The notes under the pieces are model-generated. The model worked only from the letters and a program-made list of their open reading frames with translations. It did not search any database and was not told where the DNA came from. A stretch of DNA of 64,000 bases, taken from the NCBI GenBank assembly GCA_037447605.1, contig CM074812.1, forward strand, positions 1,302,001 to 1,366,000, written 5' to 3'. Position numbers and translations under genes: made by a program. Shown one piece after another: positions 13,215-25,637 of this stretch. The DNA is from Zygnema circumcarinatum SAG 698-1b. Its lineage: Eukaryota; Plantae; Zygnematophyceae. Each line of letters opens with the position of its first letter. Position 1 is the stretch's first letter.

Positions 13215-13467
13215 AAATATATATATATTCCTGGAATCTAATACAGACACTGCGTTATAATATCCATCCCCAAATGTACGGACGGTACAAAGTGGAGTGT
13301 ACGGATGCGTTGAAAAAGGAGCGGCGGAAGTTGGCGCCTTCCGCACGCGCGGGGAGTGTGGGAGAGGGAGAGGGAGAGGGAGAGGGAGTGGGAGGGAGAG
13401 GGAGGGGGAGAGAGAAGGGGAGGGGGGAGAGGGAGGCGGGAGAGGGAGGGCGAGCTGAGGGGGCAGG

Positions 13468-16400
13468 ATGTCCGCCATGGCTATTCCTCCCCAGCTCGCG
13501 GTGGGGCAGCCGTACCGCTCTCAGAATATCCTTGCTTCTGCTCGCCGCTCTGCAGGAGCCTCTTATCGAGCTATGAACAAGCGACAGCTGGCGCTTATTA
13601 CCGCGGCAGTAGCGCTTCTCCTAGCTACCATGTACAGCCTCTTGTGGAGCTCCTCCCGCGCGTGGACTTCTCCATGGCCGCGCACAGGGGGGGCCAACTT
13701 CGTGCTCTTCAGCGACGGACATGTGAAGGCAACAGATCCTTCACTGGGCGAGGGAGAGGTCAGTCGGAGTGAAGCGAGCATGGCGGGAGAGGGGGGAGAG
13801 AGGGAGAATAAAGGGATGGAGGAAGGTAGGAAGGATGAACAGGAGGAAGACGGGAGCGCCTCTGCAGGAGCTCCTATAGGGGAAGGGTTCGAGTTGGGAG
13901 CAAAAGCCATGGCTTCCATGGATTCGAAGTGTCCCCCTGGTTGCTGGGATCACGGCCATGGCTCCTGCAATGAGGAGCTTGGGCGCTGCGATTGCGTGAC
14001 GGGCTTCACGGGCCCTTCATGCGGGGATCTTGCAATGCCAGCGTGCCACCTGGCACCCGGATACTCTGCCATCTGCCAAGTCCCATCTTCCTGTGCTTGC
14101 GGGCTTCAATGTGACCGGTTTCGCATTCCCCACAAGCAGCCATGTTTTGACGAGCGGAGGGGGGAGGGGGAAGAGCCGGAGACGGATGTGGTAGCGCTTT
14201 ATAAAAGACCACAAGTGCGGATGCTGACTGATTTGAAGGGGAATGAAACGGAAGAGAGACGGCCAGCTAGTGAGGACGAGAAGTTGAAGGATGAATACAC
14301 TCATCCCGCGGAATGTCCGGAAATGTGTCATGGTCGAGGGGCCTGCGTTGCAAGCAGTAAAACTTGCCAGTGAGTGAGAACTCGATCCTACCCTATTTAG
14401 GTTCTTTCTATGTGGAGAGTGGGTAGAGAAAAAGAATTATTGTCAAGTTCTGAATTTTGGGGCTTTAAGTGTAAGTCAGAAGTGGGTGGAGAGGGGGAGA
14501 AGTTATGACAAGGTCTGACTTGGTTAAAGGTTAGAGCTTTAAAATGGGCCACACAGACCTTGAAGGTGGAACTGTCCCAAGCTCACTGCTTGACAGCGAC
14601 GATTTTTTGGTTTTCGTTAATGAAGAAGTTGACAAAGATAATACCTTTATAATATCTTTCACGTTAAGGTGGGATTTGGTGGTCGCAATTTGCCACAACT
14701 TCTCCATTATCCACTTATTTTGAGAAACGGAAAGAAACCGACGACAACGACAAATTTTATTTGAAAGAGACCTTTTCCTGCTTGAGCAAGCGCCGCCCTA
14801 AGGAAGTAGTGTTTGAAAGTGATTAGAAACAGAAAAATGTTGCATTGACATAGCACGCATTTGACCAAGGTAGTGGGAGAACCCCCCCCCCCCCTCGCTC
14901 TCTCTCTCTTTCTCTCATGCTTCTCAACAACCAGAACTTGTAAGAGGCCCATTTGCACTTCGTCATGTGTTTCCAGATGGCTGTGCAACTTGCTTGCCAA
15001 CCTTGTAGAGAGTCGTCTTTGGCGTAAGTTTCGAAACCAAAAGTGAAACTTTGAACCCCTTGTGGTTTTTGAGGGCAGATGTGTATGGGGTTGGAGTGGA
15101 ATTTCCTGCAAAGACGAAGTATGGAGCTCCCTATTTCATTGCATGAGCAACTGCAGTGGTCACGGAGACTGTTTGGGCTTCGTTTGTCGCTGCCACCGTG
15201 GATATTTTGGAACAGACTGCTCCCTATTTCTCGGTTCTGACGGAAAAGCTCAGTAAGTTCAAACATTTTCCTTGTTTTTTTCTTCTGAAGGAGAGTAAAA
15301 GGTTGTGAGAGGAATGGGAACAGGAGTGAGAGATGGAGGGACTGGGAGAGGGGAGAGGAGGGAGAGAGAGGGAGGGAGGAAAGCTGGGGAGGAGGAGCGA
15401 TGGGTGGTAGAGCGAAGTGAAGAGAAGGGGAGGGAGGGATGAAGTAAGACAAGGGAGGGATGTGCAGATACCTAAGGTGGTTCATGGACCTTCTTTTTTG
15501 TTTCTGATAATTGTGGAACGAGCAATAAAATAAAAATAAAAATAATAAGTAATAGTAATAGTAGTAGTAGTAGTAATAGTAGTATAGTTATTTAGTAATG
15601 GAAAGACGCTCAGTATCAAATGTCGGCTCGAGATTGATCCATCTTCAGGTCAGTCATATTATGGCTGAACATTCTGTTGGCTAAGGTCGACATGAAATCT
15701 CAGGTACATACTGGGTAATGCAGAATGGTGCCCCGACCGCCCTATCTTTGGACCGAGGCTGTGCCTCCAATGCCTTTGGGGAGTGTGGCAAAGCCCCGAA
15801 TTTACGTATATGAGCTTCCAGGAGAATTCAACACGTGGCAGTTTGACCATTGGCCCCACGTGGACTGGCCAGAAGAGCGCATCTTCATGGAACGCATGTT
15901 AGCGAGTCCGTACCGTACTTTAGATGGAGAAGAAGCGGACTACTACTATGTGCCCTTAGTGCTGAGGTGTGTAGTGCTCCAACCCCAAGAAATCCTTGCA
16001 TTGTTTCTGCAAACCATGGTTTGTTTACAACTTCAATTTCTGGCAATTTCTCAAGTAGGGTTTTTTCCTGCTCTGCGTGATGTCTTGCACAGGAATCGAA
16101 ACGAAGCAAAAGAAGCACTCGTGAATTGGGTTGTGGAATACATCAGCGAAACGTGGCCCTTTTACAACAGAAAGGACGGTGCAGATCACATCTTTCTTAC
16201 AAATGGGGATTGGGGGAACTGCGAAGTGAGCATTTGGGGTGGCTCGGATCCCACATTAGCAAAGAGCATCACCTTGACATTGTGGGGAAACACACGCAAC
16301 ATGTGGCTAAAGAATGATGACAAAGACTTGCTTCCATGCTTCCGTCCTGGTCAAGATATAGCCATGCCTCCCTTTCTTGACTGGAATGTCTACCAATACA

Positions 16401-19400
16401 CTCCTTGGCTAAAGGAAGATTCTGAAAATCTCCCTGCTAGAACAGTTCTTCTCTATTTTAAGGGCTCAAGTGCTAGAGATTCGCCGTTTGTTGGGCCGTA
16501 CACGTGGAGTTTTGGGGTTCGCCAGAAAATGTTTGAACTCTATGAGGGGAAAGAAAAGGAGACGGGAATTCGCGTGCTTGAGCAGAAGGGCTATGTAGAG
16601 GGCTACTTGGAGGGTATGTCGAAAGCCATCTTCTGCCTTGCTCCCTGCGGATGGGGGTGGGGGATAAGGGCGACTCAAGCTGCATCTGTGGGCTGCATTC
16701 CGGTGGTGATTCAGGTATGGTTTTTTTGTTCATCTTTGTTCTGGTGGTTGTTCGTTTACTTTTGGTGTTTTTTGTTTTGCTGTTGTTCATCTTGCTGAAG
16801 TTCTGGTTGTTGTGGTTGTTGTCCTTTCTCTTTTGTTCTGTCTCTCTGTCTCGCTCCCTAACTCTCTCCCACTTCCCTCCCTCGCCTGCTCCCTGTTTCA
16901 TTTGTAAACCTTCTGCAATTGCACTTTTTCTTTCACTGCATATAAGCTTCTTCTGTATTTGTGGTGCATCTGATGTGCAGCCGGGAGTTGTACAGCCCTT
17001 GGAAAAGGACCTTCTCGATTGGTCCGAATTTTCTGTGATGCTTCAGTTTGACGATATACCGCGCATTGCCGATATTCTGCGAGCGATCTCAGAGGAAGAA
17101 ATTCAACAAAAACGCGAGAAATTAGCACAAGTGTGGACGAGATTCGCTTGGACTTCCTCCCAGTTTAACCCCCTCGCCCTCCTCCCCAAGGAAACACAAG
17201 ACAAATTCGCCCCTCTACTTGCAGAAAAGGATGCCTTCGCCTCACTCATGGAAGCTCTCGGCCGTCGATTGGAACGGAAAACTGAACAGAGTGGAACTGA
17301 ACAGAGTGGAACTGAACAGAGTGGAACTGAAGATAGTAGGACTGAACAGAGTACTACATCGAAATGTGCAGGAAATTGTGTTCACGGTTCTTGTAATGAG
17401 GAAATGGGTGAATGCTATTGTTTAGGGGGATATAGCGGCCCCACTTGTGAAGACTTTGCAATGCCTTCATGCCATCTTGCCCCAAACTATTTCACTCCCT
17501 GCTACCTTCCCACATCTTGCGGATGTGTGGCAGAATGTGAAGCGTACCATTTTCTACATGAGACAACATGCTATGATGAAAAATTAAGCGATGGGGGAGT
17601 CGAAACGGACATAAAGCGGTTATATGCGGGTCCTCAAGCGAAGATTCAGTTTAGCTCTGAGGGGAAAGAGATTACTAGGGAGAGAATTCGACCAGAGGAT
17701 GGTTTTGGAGTTCGGTATGCGAGCCCGGAATTTTGCACTGCAAGCTGCTCTGGACATGGGGTCTGCAACACTGAAATTGCATCCTGCGAGTGAGAGCCTC
17801 TCACTCTCTCTCACTCACTCTCTCCCTCCCTCCCTCCTCNNNNNNNNNNCCTCCCTCCCTCTCTCCCTCCCTCCCTCTCTCCCTCCAACACCTTTTGAAG
17901 TCAGGTTTCGGCAACTTTAGCAGCAGGCAATTGCTCCAGCATAGCCAGTCCCATGTTTCCTTCATACCTCTGAGTGTTTAGAAAGCTTTAAAACCAACTA
18001 TTTGATGTGAATAATCTGACCCATAGTCCCTTGCAGGTGTGCGTGGGCTCATTCCGGAGAGAGCTGCTCATCTCCGGGTCCAATTCCCTTTCCATGTGTT
18101 AATCTGTGCTCAAATAACGGCCAATGCCTGGACGGAACTTGCAAATGCAACCAAGGTTTCTTCGGAATCGACTGCTCTTTACATATGGATGAAACTGGCC
18201 GTCCAAAGTGAGTCACTCGGTTTTTGGTTGTTGTTTAGAAAGGAGGAAAGCAAGTAGGAGGGGTAAAGAGGGAGGGGCTTGAAGTTTAGGGCAAATGTGA
18301 GATCTGACCCTCTCTTTTTCTCTCTCTCAGAGCCATAGAACGACCGGAACTTTCATGGGTTAAGCATATTCCTGCTAATAGAGGAGACATCCGTCCACGA
18401 ATTTATGTGTATGAGCTGCCAGGGCAGTTCAACACGTGGCAGTTTCAACAGGGGCCTTATCAAAACTACAACATGGAAGCTCCGTATTTTTTAGAACGGC
18501 TGCTTGCAAGCCCGCACCGTACAGCCAATCCGGAGGAAGCAGACTACTTCTACCTCCCTCTCTTTCTCAGGTGACTGCTTCACCTTCACCTTGTGCTCAA
18601 ATATTCATTTTGGATGACGGTTGTAAAACAGCTTTCTACTTGACAACTCTAATTGATTCGAATTTACTGCATAGAAACTGTTTGGATCATGACATAACTT
18701 GAGGTTTTTTTCACTTCTCCGATGTGATGTCGATAGGAGCCGCAAATATCAGGCAAGGGCAACTCTAAAAGCTGCTGTTGAGTACGTGAAGGAAAAGTGG
18801 CCATATTGGAACAAAAACGGGGGGAAAAATCACATTGTTTTCGCATCATCTCGGTGGGGAAAATGCGATTTAAGCATAAAGGGAGAGGGAGAGCAATTCC
18901 TCACTTCCATGATTTTCATCACACTATGGGGGATGACTAAGAGCATGTGGTTGGAGGAAGGTAAACTTCCATGCTTCACATATGGCCATGATATTGTGGC
19001 CCCTCCTATTCCACAACAAGTATTAGAAGCAAATGTGCATTTAAAGGAGTCTTCTCAGATAGAAGCAGACCGGCCCATACTCCTCCTTCTTCAAGCCAAT
19101 AAAGAGGGAGTTTCACCGGAAGAGGGAGGAGTATCTATCTACAGCTTTGGAGTAGTGCAGCGGATGTTCGAGCTGTATGAGGGGAGGGAGAAGGAGACCG
19201 GTATCCGAGTGGTTTCCACCTTTGAAGGTGACATAGTGGTGGAGGAAATGGAGCGGGCTATCTTCTGTTTGGCCAGCACTGGGGAGGGATGGACCATGCT
19301 CGCTGCGCAGGCAGTAATAATGGGCTGCATTCCGGTCGTAATTCAGGTATGCATCCATTCTGACTATCTCTCTTTTCCCCCTCTCTCTCTCTCTCTCTCT

Positions 19401-22400
19401 CTCTCTACTCTCTCCTCTTTCTCGCTACTCTCTCCTCTTTCCAGTCTCTCCTCTCCTCACTTTCTCGCTCTCTGCTCTCTCTCTCTCGCTATCCCCCGAT
19501 CTTTGCTCTTCTCCCCCTCTTCCTTTCTTTCCTTCCTTTCTGTCCTCNNNNNNNNNNCCTCTCCCTCTCCCTCTCCCTCTCCCTCACGCCCTCTCCCCCC
19601 CCCTTCTCCCCTCTCATTGCAGCTGTCCATGGACGTACGGTGGAAGGTCCTGCGAGCAGAGGGGAGCTGTCGCCATAGTCTGCTTTAACGGCTGCAGCGG
19701 GAGGGGGACATGCTTGGGAGGGGCCTGTAAATGCGATAGGGGATTTTTTGGAATAGACTGTGCACTTTATAAGGACGCGGAGGGGCGAACAAGGTGTGTT
19801 TTGTTTACTCACTTCTTCCACAAATTCTTTTACTGCTGTTACTGAGCGTATTCCTTTTTTGTTCCCCTCCTCAAGCTTGATATACTTGAATCTGGAGTTC
19901 AAAATGGTTGCGTTAAGGGCAAGTGAAATGCACCTGGCAAGCGGACTAAAGAGTGGGGTTTGTTTATTTATACATTTTTATGTTTGTTTATTTGTATACT
20001 TATGTGGGTGCTTTCTTTGCAGGGTGTTAAGGAGAGCCCCTTTTCCGTGGGTTGAGTCTCTGCCGGCCCCTTCACCAGGGCTCATTTTCCGTCCCAAAGT
20101 GTATGTGTATGAGATTCCCCAGTACTTAAACACGTGGCAATATCAGCACGAGCCATGGATGGATTGGCCGGAACAAATTTACTTTCTTGAGCGGCTGCTT
20201 TCTAGCGGATATCGCACTGCAAACCCGGAAGAAGCGGACTATTTCTTCATCCCTCTCATGCACAGGTGGGAGGATGTTCTCTCCCTCTAGCAAAGCAGAA
20301 TATGGTTAGGAAAGATCAACATTCTGTGGAAACAATGAATGTAACAATGGCATTAATTCCCCTTATTTAGGGCTGTTTTGGTGATGGGTTTGCAGGAACC
20401 GAGGAGGCATAAAAATGCAAACGATTGTAAGGGCAGTGGAATATGTAAAGAACACTTGGCCAAAATTCTGGAACAGGTATAAAGGAAGAGATCATATAAT
20501 AGTCGACAATGGGGATTGGGGAATTTGCGAGCTTGGCCCCTATGGCCAGGCTGAACCCTTCTTTGATCAGATGATTGTTATTACATTATGGGGCCATACA
20601 CGAAACATGCATCTCCAGAGAACGCAGCCCTGCTTTAGGCCCGGAAAAGATATAGTAATGCCTCCTGTTATGGTCGATGCCGTATATGAAAATTCGCCCC
20701 ATTTAAAGGAAAATTCAGAAGCAAAGGAAAGGACAATTCTGCTTTACTTCAAAGGATGGGATGCTATTGGGTCGAATCCCTTTGGACCGTATCATTGGAG
20801 CTTTGGAGTTCGACAGAAAATGTTCGAGCTCTATGCTGGGAGAGAAAACGTAACTGGAATCCGGTTAGAGGGAACGGTTCAGTTCACATATGTGGATAAC
20901 TTTATCGAGCAAATGACTCGCTCTATCTTTTGCCTTGCTCCTAGCGGATGGGGATGGGGTATGCGCACCACCCAGGCAGTCATTTTGGGATGTATACCTG
21001 TGGTTATACAGGTGAGTGGTGGGCCTCGCTTTTTCCACAATCGCTCTCTCTCTCTCTTTCTCTCTCTCGCTCTCGTCTCTGCTGCATTACTGTTGTTCTT
21101 CGTCATAAGTTAGCGTGTTGTATGTCATTCACTTCATAGTTTCTATAAATGGAGACGTCAGTCATAGAGAGAAGAGGAAAAAGAGGAAAATAGAGTAGAG
21201 AAAAAGAGAGAGTTGGAAAAGGTAGGAGTTTTTTTCGCTCCCTAATTGTTTGTTTTTGGGGTGGAGGAGCAGCCATCTGTGGTGCAGCCTCTGGAAGGAG
21301 AGCTCCTAAACTGGGAGGAATTTGCTGTCGTACTCAAATTTGAGGATATTCCCAACATAGAAAACATACTACGCTCCATTTCTCCCGATATTATCGCCAA
21401 AAAGCGAGAAATAGGGGCTCAAATATGGACCCGTTTTGTATGGAGCTCTCCCTCTGTGAACCCTCTCATAGCCCATAGCAGAGAAGTGCAGGAAATGTGG
21501 GCTCCAATACTGGCCGAAAAAGATGCAGTGGCTTCAGTTATGGAAATTTTGGCTAGGCGGTTAAAAACAAGAAATTCTCCTACCACTTGGTTAGGAGGAG
21601 CTTCACTAGAAAACTTAAAAGGCATAAAATTTGCAAGCGATTTGTTTTCAGATTTCAAACAGGCAGTTTCCTCAATTCTGGGGGGTCCTGAGACTGACAG
21701 TAATTTGAAAAATCTGGCGGAGGAGGAAACTTCTGCTACCTTACCTGCTGAAAAAATTGACCTTATTCCTTCGGCTTGTCCGGAGGGATGCTGGGATCAT
21801 GGAACATGTAATGAAGAAATGGGTCGATGTGAATGTAAGGGAGGATATAAGGGCCCCACTTGTGAAGAATTAGCTCTTCCTTCTTGCCATTTAGCCCCAA
21901 ATTACTACACCCCATGTGGGTATTTGAGCACCTGTGGCTGCACCTTAGAGTGCGAATCTTACCGGTTTCGAAAAGAAAATTTTTGTTTGAATGAAAGAAG
22001 GGCCGATGGGACCAATGAAACGGACATTGTGAAGCTTTTTGCAGCGCCCCAAGTTTTTTTGTTCACTGATGGAGAAGGCAAGGAAATTGGCCCAAGGCGT
22101 GAACTTCCAAAAGAGAAATGGAAGAACGAATTTACGTCCCCAACAGAGTGCGAAAACAGCTGTTCAGGCCACGGACTATGCACTGCTAAAGACAAGCATT
22201 GCTTGTAAGTTAATTTTTGGTTTGTTTCGAACACCTGTTTTGCTAACTAATGCCCAGAAGCAAACTGTATATTACCTTCATTGAACTGAGATATTTCGTG
22301 GGTTTGATTTCTTTCAGGTGTGCGTGGATGCATGGAGGCCGGGACTGTTCGCAATATGGGGACATACCTGTAAAGTGTTTCAATGAATGCAGCGATCGCG

Positions 22401-25400
22401 GAGAATGCTTGGACGGAGTTTGCAAATGCAGGAGACCCTACTTTGGAATAGACTGCTCCCTTTCTATAGGAGCAGACGGCCGAACAGAGTAAGGAAAACA
22501 GCATGCTTTTTCGGCAGAAAAGAAAAAGGATCCTGCGGAACTGACCTTCTTAGCCATAAACGAGCGACCTTTGCTGGAAATAATTCTAACTATTTTTGAC
22601 ATTTTTCTGCAGAATTATGCGGAGGCCCCCATTTCCATGGTCGGACGCTGTTCCTGCTCCTTCAGCAGATGAAAAACCTCGACCGCGGGTTTACGTGTAT
22701 GAACTGCCCGGATACTTCAACTCGTGGCAATTTCAACATAGCTTTTACCTCGATTGGCAGGAGCCAGTTTACTTCCTGGAGAGGCTTTTGGCAAGCCCTC
22801 ATCGCACAGCAGACCCAAAAGAAGCGGACTACTTCTACATACCACTCATTCTCAGGTGCACCTCCTTGCCCTCCCTCTCCCCTCTCCCCTTTCCCCTCTC
22901 CCCTCTCCCTCCTCCCCTCCTCCCCTCTCCCCTCTCCCTCTCCCCGCTCCCTCTCCCTCTCCCTCTCCCTCTCCCCTCTCCCCTCTCTCCTCTCCCCTCT
23001 CCCCTCTCCCCTCCCCTCTCTCCCCTCCTCTCCCTCTCCCTCCTCCCCTCTCCCCTCTCCTCTCCCTCTCCCTCTCCCTCTCCCTCTCCCCGCTCCCCGC
23101 TCCCCCGCTCCGCTCCCTCTCCCTCTCCCTCTCCCCCTCTCCTCCTCTCCCCCTCTCCTCTCCCTCTCCCTCTCCCTCTCCCCTCTCCCTCTCCCCTCTC
23201 CCTCTCCCTCTCCCTCTCCCTCCTCCCCTCTCCCTCTCCCCTCCCCTCTCCCCTCTCCCCTCTCCCTCTCCCCCTCTCCTCTCCTCTCCTCTCCCTCTCC
23301 CCTCTCCCTCTCCCTCTCCCCTCTCCCCTCTCCCCTCTCCTCTCCCTCTCCCTCTCCCCCTCTCCTCTCCCTCTCCCTCTCCCTCTTCCCCTCCCTCTCC
23401 CTCTCCCTCTCCCCTCTCCCCCTCTCCCCTCTCCCTCCTCCCCTCTCCCCTCTCCCTCTCCCTCTCCCCTCTCCCCCTCTCCCTCCTCCCCTCTCCCTCT
23501 CCCCTCGCCCCTCTCCCTCCCCTCTCCCTCTCCCCTCGCCCTCGCCCCTCGCCCTCTCCCTCTCCCTCTCCCTCTCCCTCTCCCCTCTCCCTCTCCCCTC
23601 TCCCTCTCCCTCTCCCTCTCCCTCTCCCTCTCCCTCTCCCTCTCCCTCTCCCCCTCTCCTCTCTCTCCCTCTCCCCTCTCCCTCTCCCCTCTCCTCTCCC
23701 TCTCCCCTCTCCCTCTCCCTCTCCCTCTCCCCTCTCCCCCTCTCCTCTCCCTCTCCCCTCTCCTCCCCTCTCCCTCTCCCTCTCCCTCTCCCTCTCCCTC
23801 TCCCTCTCCCCTCTCCCCCTCTCCTCTCCCCTCTCCCTCTCCCCTCTCCCTCTCCCCTCTCCCTCTCCCCTCCCCTCTCCCCTCTCCCCTCTCCTCTCCC
23901 CTTCTCCCTCCCTCTCCCTCTCCCCTCTCCCCTCTCCCTCTCCCCTCTCCCTCTCCCCTCTCCCCTCTCCCCCTCTCCTCTCCCTCTCCCTCTCCCTCTC
24001 CCTCTCCCCTCTCCCCTCTCCCCTCTCCCTCTCCCCTCTCCCCTCTCCCCTCTCCCCTCTCCCCTCTCCCAATGGACTTACCTCTATTCTTAGATGAGTG
24101 TGTTTGTTTTGAATGCTTTTGAGGACAAAACGAGGTGCTTTCATTCTGCAGGAACCGCAACGGCCCGGCAACTCTTCTATGGGCCCTCGATTATGTTCAG
24201 CAGACATGGCCTTTTTGGAACGCGTCAATGGGAAGGGACCACATTGTTATGACAAATGGAGATTGGGGAAACTGCGAGATTGGAGAGTATGGAGTGGGGG
24301 AACCTTTGCTTGACGGAGTGGTGACCTTTACTTTGTGGGGGCACACAAAGAACATGAGGCTAAAAATGGATCAACCCTGCTTTAGGAAAGGGAAAGATGT
24401 GGTTATGCCGCCTCGCATGGTGCCCGATGTCTTTTGGCATGTTCCCATGCTCAAGCGCATGTTCATAAAACATGTGAACAATTCAAAGGAGAAGGTCTTA
24501 GTAAATGAGTGGGGGCCCAAGTTGGAAATTCCGAAGCGCAAAACGCTGCTTTTTTTCAAGGGCTATCCGGCACTCGATTCTACAGTGGGACCCTTTACTT
24601 GGAGCTTTGGTGTTCGGCAAGAAATGTTTAAACTCTACGCCAATAGGGAGAACGAGACAGGCATCCGCTTATTGAGCACGGAGGGGATGGTGTGGGGCTA
24701 CTTGGAGGAGATGGAACGCTCCATATTCTGTTTGGCCCCCAGTGGGTGGGGATGGGGAATGAGGGCCACGCAAGCAGCCATTGTTGGATGTATTCCGGTC
24801 GTAATTCAGGTAACGAATGATTTCATTCCCAGCCGCTCTTCCGCTCCGCTCAACTCCCCTCCCCCCCTCCCCCTCCCCCATCCCCCTCCCCCTCCCCTCC
24901 CCCTTCAACCTCTACCTCCCCCCCTCCTCTCTCCCCCCCTCTTGCCCTCCCCCCCCACCCCCCCCCTCCCCTCCCTGTCCCTGACCCTGCCCCTCCGCTC
25001 CCCCCCCTCTCCTTCTCTCTTCCCCTTCCTTTATTGCCAGCTCTTTCTCCCTCTCCCACCCCCCCCCAGCTCCCCTTCCCCGCGCATCCCTTTTAATCCC
25101 TTTTATTTTTTTTCTTTCTCGTTTCCATTTTTGACTGAGGTGTGTCTGCAGCCTGGAGTGGTGCAACCGCTTGAACACGACCTTCTTGACTGGGAAGAAT
25201 TTGGAATACGCCTTGAATTTGAAGACATCCCACGGATAGAACAGATTTTGAGGGCAATTCCGGAGGACGTAATTCAAAAGAAGCGGGCGGCATGTCAGAA
25301 GGTGTGGACCCGGTTCACGTGGGCGAGCTTCTCTCTGAATCCTCTCAAGGAATATCCGCAGGAAATTAGAGACAAGGTGGCGCCTTCTTTAGCATCAAGT

Positions 25401-25469
25401 GATGCTTTCTCATCCTTAATGCAAGCTTTGGGTAACAGGTTAATCAAGAAAGGGAAGATCAAATCTTAG
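13468..25469 (+). CDS. Type II membrane protein with four tandem modules of EGF-like repeats + exostosin (GT47) domain; one or two genes depending on the content of the gap at 19548-19557
   Basis: Exons 13468-14369, 15079-15252, 15724-15966, 16093-16714, 16981-17789, 18037-18207, 18331-18570, 18737-19346, [gap], 19623-19793, 20023-20265, 20396-21011, 21273-22204, 22318-22488, 22613-22855, 24152-24809, 25152-25469. Each module has CxxxCxxHGxC EGF motifs, P(R/K)(I/V)YVYE, EADY(F/Y), DHI, FCLA...GCIPVVIQ. N-terminal hydrophobic anchor [20 protein letters not shown]. Confidence 0.88.
17281..17352 (+). repeat. In-exon 15-nt repeat (ACTGAACAGAGTGGA, TEQSG) in the linker between GT47 modules 1 and 2
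   Basis: Three near-perfect copies followed by two degenerate ones. Confidence 0.9.
22857..24069. repeat. ~1.2-kb almost pure C/T tract (CCCTCT-type units) filling a GT47 intron
   Basis: Only a few G residues between the donor at 22856 and ~24069. Confidence 0.95.
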
Positions 25470-25474
25470 TTCTG

Positions 25475-25597
25475 TGTAGGGTCTGCTGAATTCTGTTTTA
25501 CAAACATTAGAAACTGCAATTAAAACGGCATTATGATCTGTAGGGTCTGCTGAATTTTGTTTACTAAACTTAGAAATTACAATCAGAACGGCATCAT
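25475..25597. repeat. Tandem duplication of ~64 bp between the converging GT47 and SDR stop codons
   Basis: TGTAGGGTCTGCTGAATT...AACGGCAT(T/C)AT starts at both 25475 and 25539. Confidence 0.85.
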
Positions 25598-25637
25598 AAC
25601 ATTAAGAATATTAAGAATATCCCCAAAGCTTAATGTT

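Noticed and set aside
22596-24228. Several 440-510-aa Pro/Leu/Ser or Gly/Glu/Arg ORFs resembling extensins
   Set aside because: Translations of the intronic CT tract, open in all frames and bounded by GT-AG sites of the GT47 gene.
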